DNA from: the human T2T-CHM13v2.0 reference genome, Homo sapiens | Assembly (NCBI RefSeq): GCF_009914755.1 | Contig: NC_060937.1 | Reading direction: 5' to 3' (one strand) | DNA length: 64,000 nt | In this document: positions 1-17,912 of the stretch, piece by piece | Layout: every line of letters starts with the position of its first letter | Numbering within the stretch: position 1 is the first letter of the stretch | The notes under the pieces: generated by a model | The model's database searches: none | Told to the model about the DNA's origin: nothing | What the model saw: only the letters and a program-made list of their open reading frames with translations | Translations under genes and position numbers: made by a program

Positions 1-119
1 CACTCAACCACTTCCAAATGAATCTGAAAAACAGAAATCATCAAAACCAGTAGAATAAATGCTGCTCTGTTTTAAATTTTCTTTTCCAGTTCTCATTCAC
101 TGAGATGAGAGTAAACATT

Positions 120-1740
120 GAATAAAACTTCATGTTAAAATGTCCATACTATCTAAAACAGGGTATAGATTCAATAACATCCCTATGAAAATCCCAATGG
201 CAAGTTTTTACAAAAATTGAAAACAATTATAAAATTCATATGGAACCACAAATGACCCTGAGTAACCATAGCAATCTTGTGAAAGAAGAACAAAGATGAA
301 GGCATAACACTAGCGGGTTTCAAAATACATTACAAAGCTACAATAATTAAAACAGCATAATAGTAGCATAAAGCAGACAGATACACCAATGAAATAGAAT
401 AGAGAGTACACAAATAAATCCATACATATATTGTTATGTACTGTCACATATACTTGAATTTTGACAAGTGGAACAAAAATACAAAATGGGAAACAGATAA
501 TCTCTTCAACACATGGTATTGGAAAAACTGAATAACCTCATGCAAACAATGAAATTGGATCCTTATCTTACACTATACAAAAAACATCAACTCCACATGG
601 ATTAAATTTTGTAATGTAAGACCTGAAACTGTAAAACTCCTAGAAAAAATATAGAAAAAACACTTTATGATATTGGTGTTGGCAATGATTTCTTGAATGT
701 AATAGCAAAAGCACAGGCAACCAAAACAAACATAGACAAGCAGAACTACATTAAAATAAAAAGCTTGTGCACAGCAAAGGAACCAATCAACAGAGTGACA
801 AGGCAACATATGAACTCAGGGAAAATGTATGTTTTTCCAAACCATGTATCTGTTAGATGTTAATATGTAAAATATATGAACTACAATGCAATAATTTAAA
901 AAAAGTAGATTAAGCCATAGGCAAAGGACTTGAATAGACATTTAGCCAAAAAAAAAAAAACCATACAAATAGCCAACAGGTATATGAAAAATATGATAAT
1001 CATCATCACTAATCAGCAGGGCAATGAAAATCAAAACCACAATATTTTCACCTCAAAACCGTTAAGATGGCTATTATTTTTAAAAAATGCATTGATAAGG
1101 ATATAGAGAAGTTGGAACATTTCTGTACTGTTGGTGGGAATATAAAATGGTGCAACTGCTGCAGAAAACATTAAGAAGGTCTCTCAAAAAAATAAAAATA
1201 GAACTACCATGTGATCCAGCATTCCCAGTTTGGGGTATATATAATAATTAAAACCAAGATCTTGAATAAGTATCTCCACTCCCCTGTTCACTGTAGCATT
1301 ATTCACATGAGCCAAGATATAAAAACAACCTAAATCTCCATCAATAGATAAATGGATAAAGAAAATGTGTCTGCATGTGCAATGGAATATTATACAGACT
1401 TACAAAAAAAGAAATCCTGTTATAGGTGACAAAATGGATTAACCTGAAGGACATTATGCTAAGTGAAACAAGCCAGTCACAGAAGGACAAATGCTGCTTG
1501 ACTCCATTTATACGAAATATCTAAAATCATCAAACTCAGAAACAGAGCAGAATAGTGGTTATCAAGGACTGTGGAGAAAGGAAATGAGAGGTTGCTACTT
1601 AATGTGTACCAAGTTTCAATTATGCAAGATAAATAAGACCTAGAGATCTACTGCATAACATCGTGCTTATAGTTAACAATACTATACTATGCATTCGAAA
1701 AGTTGACAGTATGTCTTAACACAATATAGACAAACAAAAT
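120..1740 (+). mobile_element. Old L1 (L1MA/L1MB-type), 3' part of ORF2 plus 3'UTR
   Basis: Degenerate ORF2 C-terminal sequence (aaaatgtccatacta..., atggaaccacaaatgaccctgag, aaattggatccttatcttacac) and an L1M-type 3'UTR (aataagacctagagatctactgcataacat...gttaacaatact). Many stops and indels. Confidence 0.85.
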
Positions 1741-1780
1741 ATTTTCTTTGGCAGATTCACATTTTATTATTTGATTTTAA

Positions 1781-2133
<353 letters not shown>

Positions 2134-2408
2134 AAAATCTTTCTTAATAGAGACAGAAAGATGCTGTGTAACATCCATTGATTATTCCTAATAGGTAAAT
2201 TAATGACTTTTAAAAATGATTTACATTATTTAAGCAGTAAAAATACTGGCCAAAATTTTTATAATTTTGCATACTTTTTTCTTTTTAATTCAATAAGTAT
2301 TTAAAATTAGCTTCTGCATGTAGAAACAAAACACAAATTATTCTTAAAAACAATCATCTAACAAGCAAATCTCCATTTTTATTTAAATTGAGGCTTCTTC
2401 TTTAATAA

Positions 2409-2748
<340 letters not shown>

Positions 2749-4547
2749 TACAATTCTTTAGCCATATAGTGAAACCTTAATAAATGTTCAGGTTTCTTTC
2801 CAACAAATCAACAAATACAAGTATAAAGGCATTCAAGAAATATAGCTCATCATGTACATTGACTTCAATCACTTCATTTTTATGAAGCAAAGTTAACCTA
2901 GCTAACTAGTCTTTTATATACCGTGAATACTTAATATTAATTATTCAAAGATATTTCATTTAAATCACTGTTAACAAATTGAGATTAAGTCAGGCTGTCC
3001 ATTTTAAAAACAGTAACTGCTGTAATAAAATATTAATCTGAGTTGGAGACTCCAAGAGGACAAAGAACATTAGAATATATACAAGTGATTTAAAAGTAAC
3101 AAGCATGCATTTGTTCCTCAGCACATCTGTACTTTGAAGCTTCTACTCAGTATTGTGTGGAACTACAACATGCTTTCCACTTATAAATGGAATAGGAGAC
3201 CTGACACAATCCTTATACACGTTTTAGCCTGGAAATGTGCTAGTTTCATGTTTTCCATTTCCTCTGACCTTTTCCCTTCCATCAGAACTATAAATGGTGA
3301 ACAGTATGCTTATTTGTATTTGTTTTACTGTTTGAGGCTTTTTGATTTTCAAGGAAACTCATTTTGTGCATAACTTTTTAAGGCAAAATTAAGGAATATG
3401 TTTTGATGAGACAAGGAAGGTATAATTAAATAAATGAGTTTAATTAAGGGATTTTAGGATTTCAAAATCAAGAAGAGAAGAAAGTAGGAGAACATAAAAA
3501 TAATAAATAAATCAGCAAATAAAAATTCCCAGACACTTCTTTGAGAGTGTTTACATATTTCAGTGAAAGTAGGTAAAATATAAATATAGTATTTAGAAAA
3601 ATTAATATATTTATGCAAGTAAATAAAAACCAATTTATTTTTAAACATTTCAAGATAAGGAAAGCACAATATACAGAATTTCAAGTTATTTAGCGACAAT
3701 AACTGCAATTATTTAGAGACAATAACAATGCAAGTTATTTAGAGAGATTTTCAACGCAATAGCAAGACATTATGTTAATATCTGTTTGGGAAGTACATTT
3801 TCAGAAGACTATTAAAATAATATTACTAGAATTTTGCTATAAATGACAACACTAAATAAGAAAATTGAAAGTAATTTGTGTTAATTAGCTCTATAATATC
3901 CATTCAATGATATGTATAATTTCAAATAATAATGAAATAACATTATACTATAGTGTTATATAAAAACATAAGGTTTTCTAATATATAGCATTCAACTCAT
4001 GGGGGTGTGGGGAGGTGAGGTGAAGCAAATTTCAGAACAATGTGTGCTAAGTGCAAACATTTGTGTAAAAAGCTTCTGTTACATGTATAGAGTTTCTCTG
4101 GAAGAATTTATAAGTGCATGTAACACATATTCAAACCTACAAACACAGAGCTGTTTCTATTGGTTGATTCCTTGGTTGGCTGGAGGAGAAAGGTAAAAGA
4201 ATTTTGATTTTTACTTTGTATTCTCTTATGGTCTTTTACTTTTCTTCTCAATGCACATATTACCATTTAAAAAAATAGACTAAATTTTAATAATGTTGCT
4301 ACCAACATACTTGTGTTTATTTCACTGTCAAAATTGTGAATAAATTTTCAAAAACTTAGCTTATATTTTATAATTATAGCAAACTACATATTATTAATAG
4401 TTTTACAGAACAAAAACTTCAAAAATATATTAATTTCTATAAATTATATCCTCTAATATTAATTAGAAGAGCTATCTGATCAAAACACATCAGGTGATTT
4501 GTGGGGAGACAAATATATTTGCAAAATACAGCATCCTCATTAAACTG

Positions 4548-4944
4548 TGTATTAGGCCATTCTTGCATGCTGTAAAGAAACATCTGAGAATGGGTAGTTT
4601 ATAAGAAAGGAGGTTGTATTGACTCACAGTTCTGCAGGTTGTACAGGCAGCATACTGGCATCTGCTTCTGGGAAGGCCTCAGGAAGCTTCCAAACATGGC
4701 AGAAGGTAAAGGGAGAGCTGGCACGTCACATGGTAAAAGCAGGAGCAAGAAAGAGAGTGAGCAGAGGAGGTGCCACACACTTTTGAAGGACTAGATCCCA
4801 TGAGAACTCACTATCATGAAGTAAGTACCAAGTCATGAGAGATCTGCCTCCATGATCCAAACACCTCCCACAAGACCTCACCACAGCATTGGGGATTACA
4901 ATTCAACATGATATTTGGGGGATATCATTCTGAAAAGTACATCA
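4548..4944 (-). mobile_element. MST/THE1-family (ERVL-MaLR) 3' LTR
   Basis: tgtattaggccattcttgcatgctgtaaag...gactcacagttctgcagg...ggggattacaattcaacatga matches the reverse MST LTR. A polypurine tract lies on the - strand at the internal junction. Confidence 0.85.
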
Positions 4945-5342
4945 TTCTGCTCTGGCCCTCGCAAATCTCATGCCCTTTTGACATTTCAAAATGGTATCAT
5001 GCCTTCCCAACAGTCCCCTAAATTCTTAACTGTTTCCAGCATTGACTCAAAAGTCCCAAGTCCTGTCTGAGACAAGGCAAGTCCCTTCCATCTATGATCC
5101 TGTAAAATAAAAAACAGGTTATTTACTTCCAAGATACAATGGAGGTATAGGAATTGGGTAAGCATTCCTGTTCAAAAAGGGAGAAATTGACCAAAAGAAA
5201 GAAGATACAGGCCCCAAGCAAGTTTGAATCCCAGCAAGGCAGTCATTAAAACTTAAAGCTCCAAAATAATCTCTTTTGATTTCGTGTCCGACATCCAAGG
5301 CATACTGGTACAAGGAGTGGACTCCCAAGGCCTTGGGCAACG
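4945..5342 (-). mobile_element. MaLR internal sequence (MST-int), truncated
   Basis: ttctgctctggcccctcgcaaatctcatg...gagacaaggcaagtcccttc...ggactcccaaggccttgggca, typical of the MST/THE1 internal 3' end. Confidence 0.8.
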
Positions 5343-5414
5343 TGATTTCTTAGTTATAGTTAAAAATGGATTATGGATATTTACAAAGCTAACTCACATC
5401 TCCTTGTCTGACTC

Positions 5415-5626
5415 ACTCTTTCTTCTTTCCTTCCCTCCCTCCCTCCCCCTTCCTTCCTTCCTTTCTTTTCTTTCTTTCTCTTTCTTTCTTTTCCTTTTTC
5501 TTTTTTCTTTCTTTCTCTTTCTTCTTTCTTTCTTTCCTTTATTTATTTATTTCTTCTTTCCTTCCTTCCTTCCTTTTTTTCTTCCTTTCTTGCTTGCTTG
5601 CTTGCTTTCTCTTTCTTTTCTTTCTT
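5415..5626. repeat. Polypyrimidine low-complexity tract (CCTT/CTTT/CTTG microsatellite mosaic)
   Basis: About 210 bp, almost entirely C/T on the + strand. Confidence 0.95.
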
Positions 5627-5684
5627 ATAATGGCTGATCAGTAATTCATTTTTAGAGAAATATGAGTTGATGTATGGATTTTTA

Positions 5685-5960
5685 AAATTCATTGATCAGT
5701 CAATAAGCAAATACTTTGCTATCAACTGTGACATGCTAAGCATATTAGGTGAATAGTACAAAATGTTGAGCAAGATGCCCTTGGTCCCTTCCTTCGAGAG
5801 ATTACATTCCCATAGGAGGGTGGTAAATTCAGAAATACATCAATATAAATAGAGTATATAGGTAGGAATCTAGATAGTGTGATACATGTTCTCATAGTTT
5901 ACAGAAACACAAGAAAAATATCTGTAACCTAGATATAAGTGACAAAGAAAGGAAGACTGC
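5685..5960 (-). mobile_element. L2 3'-end fragment
   Basis: tcaataagcaaatactttgctatcaactgtg...ggtcccttccttcgagagattacattc resembles the reverse L2 3' end. Confidence 0.55.
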
Positions 5961-6119
5961 CTATGCCGAAGGATTCTTGTATACCATTCTAGGCCTGCTT
6001 CACGGCTTTTTTCTGTCCACCCTTCACAAGGCCAGGGAAACTTTGTTCACCATCATGGGATATGGTTGAGGTATCAAGTGCCTCTAAGAAGGACCACATT
6101 ATCCCCAAATTTTAGAAGG

Positions 6120-8380
6120 GTCTTCTGTTGAAAAGACTTCTTTCTCCAGTGCATTGTCTGGGCAAACTTTTATATATATATATATAATCTATCTTTGTGC
6201 CAATCCTACAATGCCTTGATTAATGTAGTTTTACAGTAAATTTCAAATCAGGAAGTCAGGGTCTTCCAACTTCAATCTTTTTCAAGATGATTTTGGCCAT
6301 TCTTGGTCCCTTACATTCCTTTTGAATTTAAATATCACCTTGTCAATTTTGAAAAAGGAAACTTGGATTTTGACAGAGAATGTACTGAATCTGTAGATTA
6401 TTTTGAAAATTTTACCATTTTAATAATATTAATTTTCTTACACATAACCATCAGGTGGCTTATCTTTTATTTAGTTTCTTTCAACAACAGTTTTTAGTTT
6501 TTAGTGTACATGACTTTGATTCTTTTGTTAAATTTATTCCTAAGTGATTTTAAATTGTAGATGTTATTTTAAATGGAGTTGTTTTCTTAATTTTTGAATT
6601 TTTCATTGAAAGTATATAGAAATACAGCTGCTTTTGGGGTAGTCATCTCATATCTGGCAGTCTTACTGAATTCATTTCTTAGATTTAAGAGGTTTTTATG
6701 CAGATTCATTAGAATTTTCCATGTCCAAGATTATGTCATCTGCTAATAGAGATAGTTGTATTTTTTCTTTTCCAATCTGGATGACTTTTATTTCTTTTCC
6801 TTGCCAAATTGTCCGGGCCAGATCCTTCAGTACAATGTTGCGCAGTCACTGTGAGAATATCCATCTGTCCTGAACTTGGGGGTAAATCATTCAGTCTTCA
6901 CTATTAAGTATAATGTTGGCTTGGGGCTTTTGTAAATAACATTTGTTTGGTTGAGCTAGTTTCCTTCTATAACTAGCTTCCTGGGTCTTTTTTTTTTTTT
7001 TTAACTTTTTTGTTTTAAATAGTGTGTGATTTTGTCAAATGCTTTTTCTGTATCTATCATGTATTTTTTTGTCCTTTATTGTATCGAGATGGTATTTTAC
7101 CCTGACTTATTTTTGAATGTTAAAACAAGCTTGTATTCCCGGGACAAATCCTTGTTCATGGAAAATAATCAGTTCTTTTCTATATATTGCTGGATGTAGT
7201 TTGTTAATATTTTGTTTAGAAATCTTGCATTTATATTCATAAGGTATTTTAGTGTGTAGTTTATTTTCCTATGATGGCTTTGTTTGGTTTTGGTATTAAG
7301 GTAATTTTGGCCTCACAGAATAAGTTGGGAAGTGCTTGTTCTACCTTTTAATTTAATTTTATTTTTGAACAGTTTGTGAAGGATTGATATTACAATTTCA
7401 TAAACATTTGGTAGAACTCACCAATGAAGCCTTCTGGGCTTGGACTACCCTTTGTGAAAATAATTTTATTACAAATACAATTTCTTTAATTGTTATTGGT
7501 TTATTTAGATTTTGTATTTATTCTTGAGTCATTTAAATTAGATTATGTCTTTGAGGAGTTAATTTCATCTAGGTTATATAATTTGTGGACATACACCATT
7601 TTTAGGTACCTGAAAATTCGTTAGTGCTGCTATTCCTCTTCATTCTGATTTTGGTAATTTGAGTCTTTGTTCTTTGTTTTCCTATTTCATCTATCTAAAG
7701 TTTTGTCATTATTTGTTGACCTACTTAAAGAATTACACTTCTTTTATTTCACTGGTTTTCTCTATAACTTTTCTAATCTTTATTTTATTTATTTCTACTC
7801 TAATTTTTATTATCTCCTTCCTTCTGCTTTTTTGACTAGAATTTGCTCTTTTTCTAGTTTCTGAAGATAGTCATATTATTGATTTGGATTTTTAAAAATA
7901 TGGACATTGGCAGTTATACTTTTTCCTCTAAGTACTATTTTATCTTTATCCTCTAAGTTTTGGTATGTTTTGTTTCTATTTTTTTTAATCTCACAATATT
8001 TTCCCATTTTTCTTTAACTTATTCTTCGATTCATTTGTTATTTAGGGAGTTTATTAATTTTCACATATTTGGGATTTTTCCAAATTTCCTTCTGTAATTG
8101 ATTTCAAATTTCATCCCATTTGGGCCAAAGAACATACATTGTATGATCTCAGTCATTTACATTTATTGTGCCTTGTTTTGTAAGCCAATGGATAGTCTAA
8201 GAATGTTCCAGGTATGGTTGTTCCATGGGTGTCTTTTAGTTATAGTTTGTTTTTAAGATTGATCCTTGTAATCTTCTGCTTAGTTGTTCCATCTACAACT
8301 GAGAGTGAAGTACTGAAACCTCCAACTATTGTTGTCAAATTGTTTATTTCTCTATCATTTCTGTGTATTTTTGCTTTATG
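6120..8380 (-). mobile_element. Old L1M ORF2 fragment
   Basis: T-rich antisense ORF2 motifs (gattatgtcatctgctaatagagatag, gtagaactcaccaatgaagcc, gtactgaaacctccaactatt). Confidence 0.8.
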
Positions 8381-9074
8381 TTTTTTAACTTATTTTTTAT
8401 TTTTTGATTTTTTTGATACACAATAGAGTATTTATACACATTTAGAGTAAACGATAGTCACTCTCCTTATCTCTCAAAGAGTAGATCTTATTTCTTCTAC
8501 CAAACTAAGTATTTGTACCCACTAATCAACCTCTCTTTGTTACTCTTCACCCTCTATCTTTCCTGGCCTCTGGTAAACCACCAATCTACTCTCTATCTTC
8601 ATGAGATCCACTTTTTTAGCTCCCATTTATGAGTGCGAACATATGACATTTGTCTCTGTGTCTGGCTGATTTCACTTAACGTAATGACCTCCATTTCTGT
8701 CCATGTTGCTGCAAATGGCAGGATTTTATTCTTTTTTAAGATTGAATAATATTTTATTGAGTGTATATACCACATTGTCTTCATTCTTTCATCTTTTTAT
8801 GGGTGATTAGATTGATTTCCTATCTTGACTATTGCAAATAGTACTGCAATAGACATGAGAGCACAGATATTTCTCTGATGTATTGATTTCCTTTATTTTA
8901 GATACATAGTCAGCAGTGAAATTGCTGGTTCTTGACCCTAACTTGGATTTAAATAATGTAAAAGAAATCTTATTTTTATCTTATAATTGGCACTTATTAT
9001 CAAGTGCTGATGAAAATATTTTCATTTCAGGTGATATTAAATTCTACTCCAATGCAAAAGATAAAGGAATGGTA

Positions 9075-9260
9075 TCAATGAAAATGGTGGAGTGAGGGCA
9101 TCAGCAAATTATTTCCTCCATAAAGGCAATTTTAAAAATTGGCAAAAATAATCAGGGTCAACATTTTTAGAACTTGAAAAATTAGCCAAATGCTTTGAGG
9201 AATCCACAAAGTGTTTATTCAAAAAACAAACAAAAAAGGTGGAAGTTTGGTAAGAACTGT
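9075..9260 (+). mobile_element. Fragment resembling an ancient L1 (L1MC/MD-type) 5' end
   Basis: aaaatggtggagtgagg...cctccataaaggcaat...ggcaaaaat...caacatttttagaact...tttattcaa...ggtaagaac follows the recalled L1M4/L1MD 5' consensus. Confidence 0.55.
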
Positions 9261-10011
9261 AAGTGGCTGTACTAATTTATAGTCCCACGAACAGTAAATG
9301 AGCATCCTTCTTTATCTACATCCTCAGCAGTATCTCTTATTTTTTCTTTTTGAAAAAAAAAATTCTCTAACTAGGGTTAGAGAATATCTCATTGTTTCGA
9401 TCTGCATTTTTCTGATGATCAGTCATGTTAAACCTTTTTCATACACCTATTTGCCATTTGCATGTTTCCTGGTGAGAAATGTCTATTTAATCTTTTGCCC
9501 AGTTCTTAATCAGATTTCTTTTCTATTGGACTGTTTAAGCATCTCATATACTCTGGTTACTAATTCCTTGTCAGATTGACAGTTTGCAAATACATTATTC
9601 AACTCCATGGCCTGTATCTTCAGTTTGGTGATGGTCTTGTTTGCTAGACAGAAGCTTTTTAGCTTAATGTAATCCCATTTATCTGCTTTTGCTTTTGCCT
9701 GGATTTTGAGGTCTTAAAAATAATCTTTGCCCAGACCAATGTCCTGGAGTGCTTCCCAAAAGTATACTTCTAGTGTCATAGTTTTATATCTTAGATTTAA
9801 GTCTTTAAGTCATTTTGATTTGATTTTTGTATATGGTAAGAAACAAGGGGTTAGTTTCATTCTTCTGCATATGGTTATCTGGTTTCCTAGCACCATTTAT
9901 TATAGAGACTGTCCTTTTCCCATTGTGTATTTCTAGCATCCTTGTCAAAAATGAATTGGCTCATTTGCGTAAATGTTGTAAATGCGTGATTTACATCTGG
10001 GTTCTCTATGA

Positions 10012-10349
<338 letters not shown>

Positions 10350-12499
10350 AATGTTTCTGTTTTCATGCCAGGATCATGTTGATTTGGTTACTATAGCGTT
10401 GTAGTAAATTTGGAAGTCATATAGTGTGATGTCTCCAAGCTTTGTTCATTTTGCTCAGGATTGCTTTGGCTACTGGGTTTTTTGTGGTTCTATATCAATT
10501 TCAGGATTTGCTTTCTATTTATGTGAGAAACATGAGTATTTTGATAGGGAGTGAAATGGATTTATAAATTGTTTTGGGTAATATTGTTATATGAATCAAA
10601 TTAATTTTTCTAATTAATGAGTATGAAATAGTTTTCCTTTTTTCTGTCCTCTTCAATTTCTTTCATCAATGTTTTACAGTTTTTCTTGTATACATCTTTT
10701 ACTTCTTTGGTTAAATTGATTCCTAGGTGTTTCATATTCTCTGTAGCTGTTGTAAATGGTAATTTTTTTATTTCTTTTTCAGATCATTCTCTGTTGGCAT
10801 ATATAAATGCTACTGATTTTTGTATGTTTATTTTCCATCTTGCAACTTTACTGCATTCATTTATCTGTTCTAAGAGTTTTTTCATGGCATCTTCAGGGTC
10901 TTTTTCAAGTATAACATTATGTCATCTGCAAACAATGATAATTCAGCTTCTTCCTTTCCAATTTGGAATACTCTTTAATTCTCTTGCTTAATTGCTCTTG
11001 CTAAGACTTTCAGTACTATGTTGAATAAAAGTGGTGAAAGTAGGCATCCTAGTCTTGCTCCAGATCCCAGAGGAAAGGCTTTCCATTTTTCTCCCTTGAG
11101 TAAGACGCTAGTTGTCGTTTGCCATATATGGCTCTTATTATTCTTAAGTATGCTCATTCTATACCCAGTTTGTGGAGGGATTTTATCTTAAAGAGATGTG
11201 GAATTTCATTGAATTTTTTTTAGCATTTATTTAAATGATCATATGTTTTTTGTTCTCGCTTACTTATGTAATTATTGATTTGTATATGTTGAGCCATCCT
11301 TGCATCCCTGGAATGAATCCCAGTTGATTATGGTGTAAGATCTTTTTAATGTGTTGTTGAAATTTGTTTGCTAGTATTTCGTTGAAGATTTTTGCATCTA
11401 TGTTTATCAGTGATACTGCTCTGTAGTATTCTCTTTTTGTGTGTCCTTGTCTGGTTTGAGTATCAAAATAATGTTGGCCTGGTAGAAGGAGTTGGGAAGT
11501 ACTCACTCTACTTCAATTTTTTAAAAGAGTTTTAGAAGAATTGGTATAATCTCTTTTTTAAATATTTGGTAGAATTCAATAATAAAGCCATAAGGTCTTC
11601 CTTTGATGGGAAAATTTTTATTATGACTTCAATCATAATAAAGGTACTCATAATAATATTATTCGCTATTGGTTTGTTGAGGTTTTCTATTTCTTCATGG
11701 TTCAAACTTGTAGGTTGCATGAGTTCAGGAATTTATTCATTTCTTCTAAGTTTTCAATTTATTAATTTATAGATGTTTGTAATAGTCTCTAATGATTATT
11801 TGTATTTCTGTGGTCTCAGTTTTTATGACTCCTTTTTTGGTTTCTGATTTTATTTAGGTCTTCTCTCTTTCTTATTCTGGCTAAAGGTTTGTTGAATTTG
11901 TTTGTCTTTTCAAAAAACAACTTTTTTAAATTGATCTTCTGTGTTATTTTTAGTCTAATTTTTATTCATTTCTGCTAAGATTTTTATCATTTGTTTTCAT
12001 TTACTCACTTTGGGTTTTGTTTATTCTTGCTTTTCTAGTTCCTTAAGGTGCATTGTTAGATTGTTTATTTTGTTTCTGATTTTTGTAGCTGGGCATATAT
12101 ACATTTATAATTGTTATAACTTCCTGATGAGTTGAATCACTCATCATTTTATAATGTCTTTGACTTCAGTAACAAATTTGGCTTAAAATATATGTGTCTG
12201 TATTAGTATATCTAGCTCTATTTTGGCTACTCATGGTATATCCCCTTCCTTCACTTTAATTTCAACGTATTGTGTCTTTGAATATAAAGTATCTCTTTTA
12301 GAGAGCATGTAGTTAACCATACTTTTATCCATTCTGCCAATCTCTAAATTTTTAATTTTTGTAATATTTTTATTAAATGTAATTATGATGATATAATTTA
12401 AAAAACCAGGATAAATTCAACAGGATAAAATCAAAACTACTTGGAATGGCATATTGATCAATTAAAATCTATATTTCATACATTCTGTTTTATTTCCTT

Positions 12500-15125
<2,626 letters not shown>

Positions 15126-15656
15126 TCATAGTATTTCTTCACATTTCTTTCTGTCGTTAGAGACAAGTATAATTAATACGTATAAAATATGGTATTCTCC
15201 TATTTCCACAATGATCAAGAACAAATTCTTCAATTTTATGTTTTTATTATGTCCTCTCTCCCGAACTTCACTCCTATCATTTTCCTTTCTTGGGAATCTT
15301 GGTGAAGGAATTTTGCAAACAACATCAAATTTCAGAATCTGATTTTGGAAATTGTTGACAAGATTCTGGCTAGTTTCAGACATCTGAAAGCTTTGTTGAA
15401 AACTAGAAAAGAACTAGAAAATGAATTCACTTCATTCATTGAAGTAAAGAATAAGCATTGAATATAACTTTGTGTGATTTTATGGTTCTTAAGTTGTGTC
15501 CAATTTCAGAAAAGAAAAAATAAGTCTCTTTCCTGATGTACTTCATGCTGCTTTGATGACCACTGCCTTGGTTTATGCATTTTTCTTCATATGAATTTCA
15601 GCAGTGACCTTTTTATGGATATGTTGTTATTATTAGTAGTAGTAGTATCATCACTT

Positions 15657-15940
<284 letters not shown>

Positions 15941-16184
15941 TTATGGGTCCATTATTAACAGTTGCTTTATATTTCCATTTTTCAGTCAAATAAGGACTTA
16001 CTATTCGACAAGCATTGTTTACATATGTAAACATATATATAAATTAAAATTCTAAGCAATGTTCACACACATGCATACACACATAAACATACACATACAC
16101 ACACATATACACACTGAGAACGTACTATCCACCAGGAATGGTCCTAATTGACATACCAAAGATATATAAAAATTAAGTTGATCT

Positions 16185-16690
16185 TCACAACAGTCAAATG
16201 GGTGGGTACCATTATTATCCTATTATGTGGATGAGTAAAGAAACTGGACTCAGAGAGATAATTTGCTCAAGTTTGCACAGCTATTGAAAGAGATTTGCCT
16301 GATTTCAAACCCAGTTAGGCTTATTCTTCATCTTAGGCACTACATAGGTAAGTTGTGTGTACAAATATTGGCATTGTTTTAAATTGCAAATAATTAGCGA
16401 ATTGATCTGAAATTAGCCAAACGGTTTGAAAATTAATATACAAACTAATAGACCAAGATTCTCCAGGACACTTACTATATTACGTGTCTGAAGTACAATA
16501 TAATGCCGTATATAAAATGTGACCTCAACTCAGGCCCCAGTCTTTTCATCTGGAAAATTCTATTAATTATACTGCCCTTCCCCTTTTTAGGTTTTCTGTA
16601 GGAGTTAAATACAATACACTTTGTCAATTGCTTAACACCATGCTCAACACTGGTCGGGGAGATATAAATGTCAGCTATTGTACTATGTGC
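16185..16690. mobile_element. Two MIR fragments in opposite orientation
   Basis: ggtaccattattatcctattatgtggatgag...tttgctcaagtttgcacagct at 16205-16290, and tgtgacctc...tcatctggaaaat...taatactgccc at 16520-16690. Confidence 0.6.
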
Positions 16691-16950
16691 CAAAAAAAAC
16701 AAACAAAAAACCACACGGACAGACAGACACACACACACACAAAGACACACATGGAGGGAGAGGAAGTAAAGATTAGGAAGCAGCACATAATGTTACGGTA
16801 GGCAATGGGACCACTAGTCATTTTCATATTCTTTTTTATTTTCTTCTTTATACTGTTTACATTTTTCAGTGTATACAATGAGCATGTATTACTTCTGTAA
16901 CCAGAAGAATGTGGTAGAAACCTCACCTTAATATAATAAAACAAAATTAC

Positions 16951-17265
16951 GGGCCAGGCATTGTGTCTCATGCCTGTAATCCTAGCACTTTAGAAGGCTG
17001 AGACTAGTAAATCTCTTGAGCTCAAGAATTTGAAACCAGCCTGAGCAATATAGTGAGACCTTGTCTCTGCAAAAAATACAAAAATTAGCCAACCATAGTA
17101 GTATACAACTGTAGTCCTAAGTTACTTGGGAGGCTGAGGTGGGAGGGCGTCTTGAGACCAGGAGGTGGCTGCAGTGAACTGTGATTGCACCACTGCACTC
17201 CAACCTGGGTGAAAAAGCTAGACCCAGTCTTGTACAAAAATAAAAACAAACAAACAAACAAAAAA
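16951..17265 (+). mobile_element. AluJ
   Basis: Diverged dimer with ttgagctcaagaatttg (J-type) and a (AAAC)n tail. Confidence 0.85.
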
Positions 17266-17307
17266 GTTATTACTTAGATCCCACATGCTGTCTTGGAGCC
17301 ATTGTAG

Positions 17308-17912
17308 TGTTGTGGGATTCGAGAGACTGGAGAGACCAATGGATGAGACAGGAGGATTTCATTAAAGTGGCCACTGGCCTAGTGGATTCACATCCAAAAG
17401 GCTGAGCCCCAAACAAAGATGGGGCCTGGTTTTTAAGCATGCAGCTGCGTGAAACTCACAGGGCAGACTTAGCAAGCTTATAGAAGCAGAACGAAGGCAG
17501 TTAATCAAACAGTGACAAGTGTATGACTCAAACCTGCCTGGTGACCTCTGCTGGGCCACTCAGCAGGCTCTCAGCAGATGGTCAGTATTTTAGGCTGGCT
17601 CAGACATGTCTTGTGACCTTCTCAGTGTTGCACAGATGGAAAACAGGAACTTACAAAATCCTTACAAACTTACAGAAATAGTTACAAAAATATTTATGAG
17701 AGCAGAGCAAAGACATATTGGCCTAGGAAAGAATCTCAAAGGGGGAAGCTGATAAGAAGAACTTGTTCTTCTCATCCCCGTTCCTGGAGTCCATTCCTTC
17801 TGGGCTCTGCTTGGCCTTGTATATAAAGTTAGCTTAGTCCTAGCAGGACCTTGGAGTGAGTCAGCCTGGTACAGGCAGGAATTTAGGCTTTTCTCCTTCT
17901 AATTTCTGCTTT
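17308..17912 (-). mobile_element. ERV LTR, LTR22 (HML-5)-like
   Basis: tgttgtgggattcgagagactggagagacc...acaggaggatttcatt...catccaaaaggctgagccccaaacaaaga resembles the reverse LTR22 3' end. Right boundary approximate. Confidence 0.55.

Noticed and set aside
3040-3215. Possible minus-strand exon (tgtcag|gtctcctattcc...)
   Set aside because: Weak acceptor, in-frame stop and no recognisable protein. Not supportable without a search.
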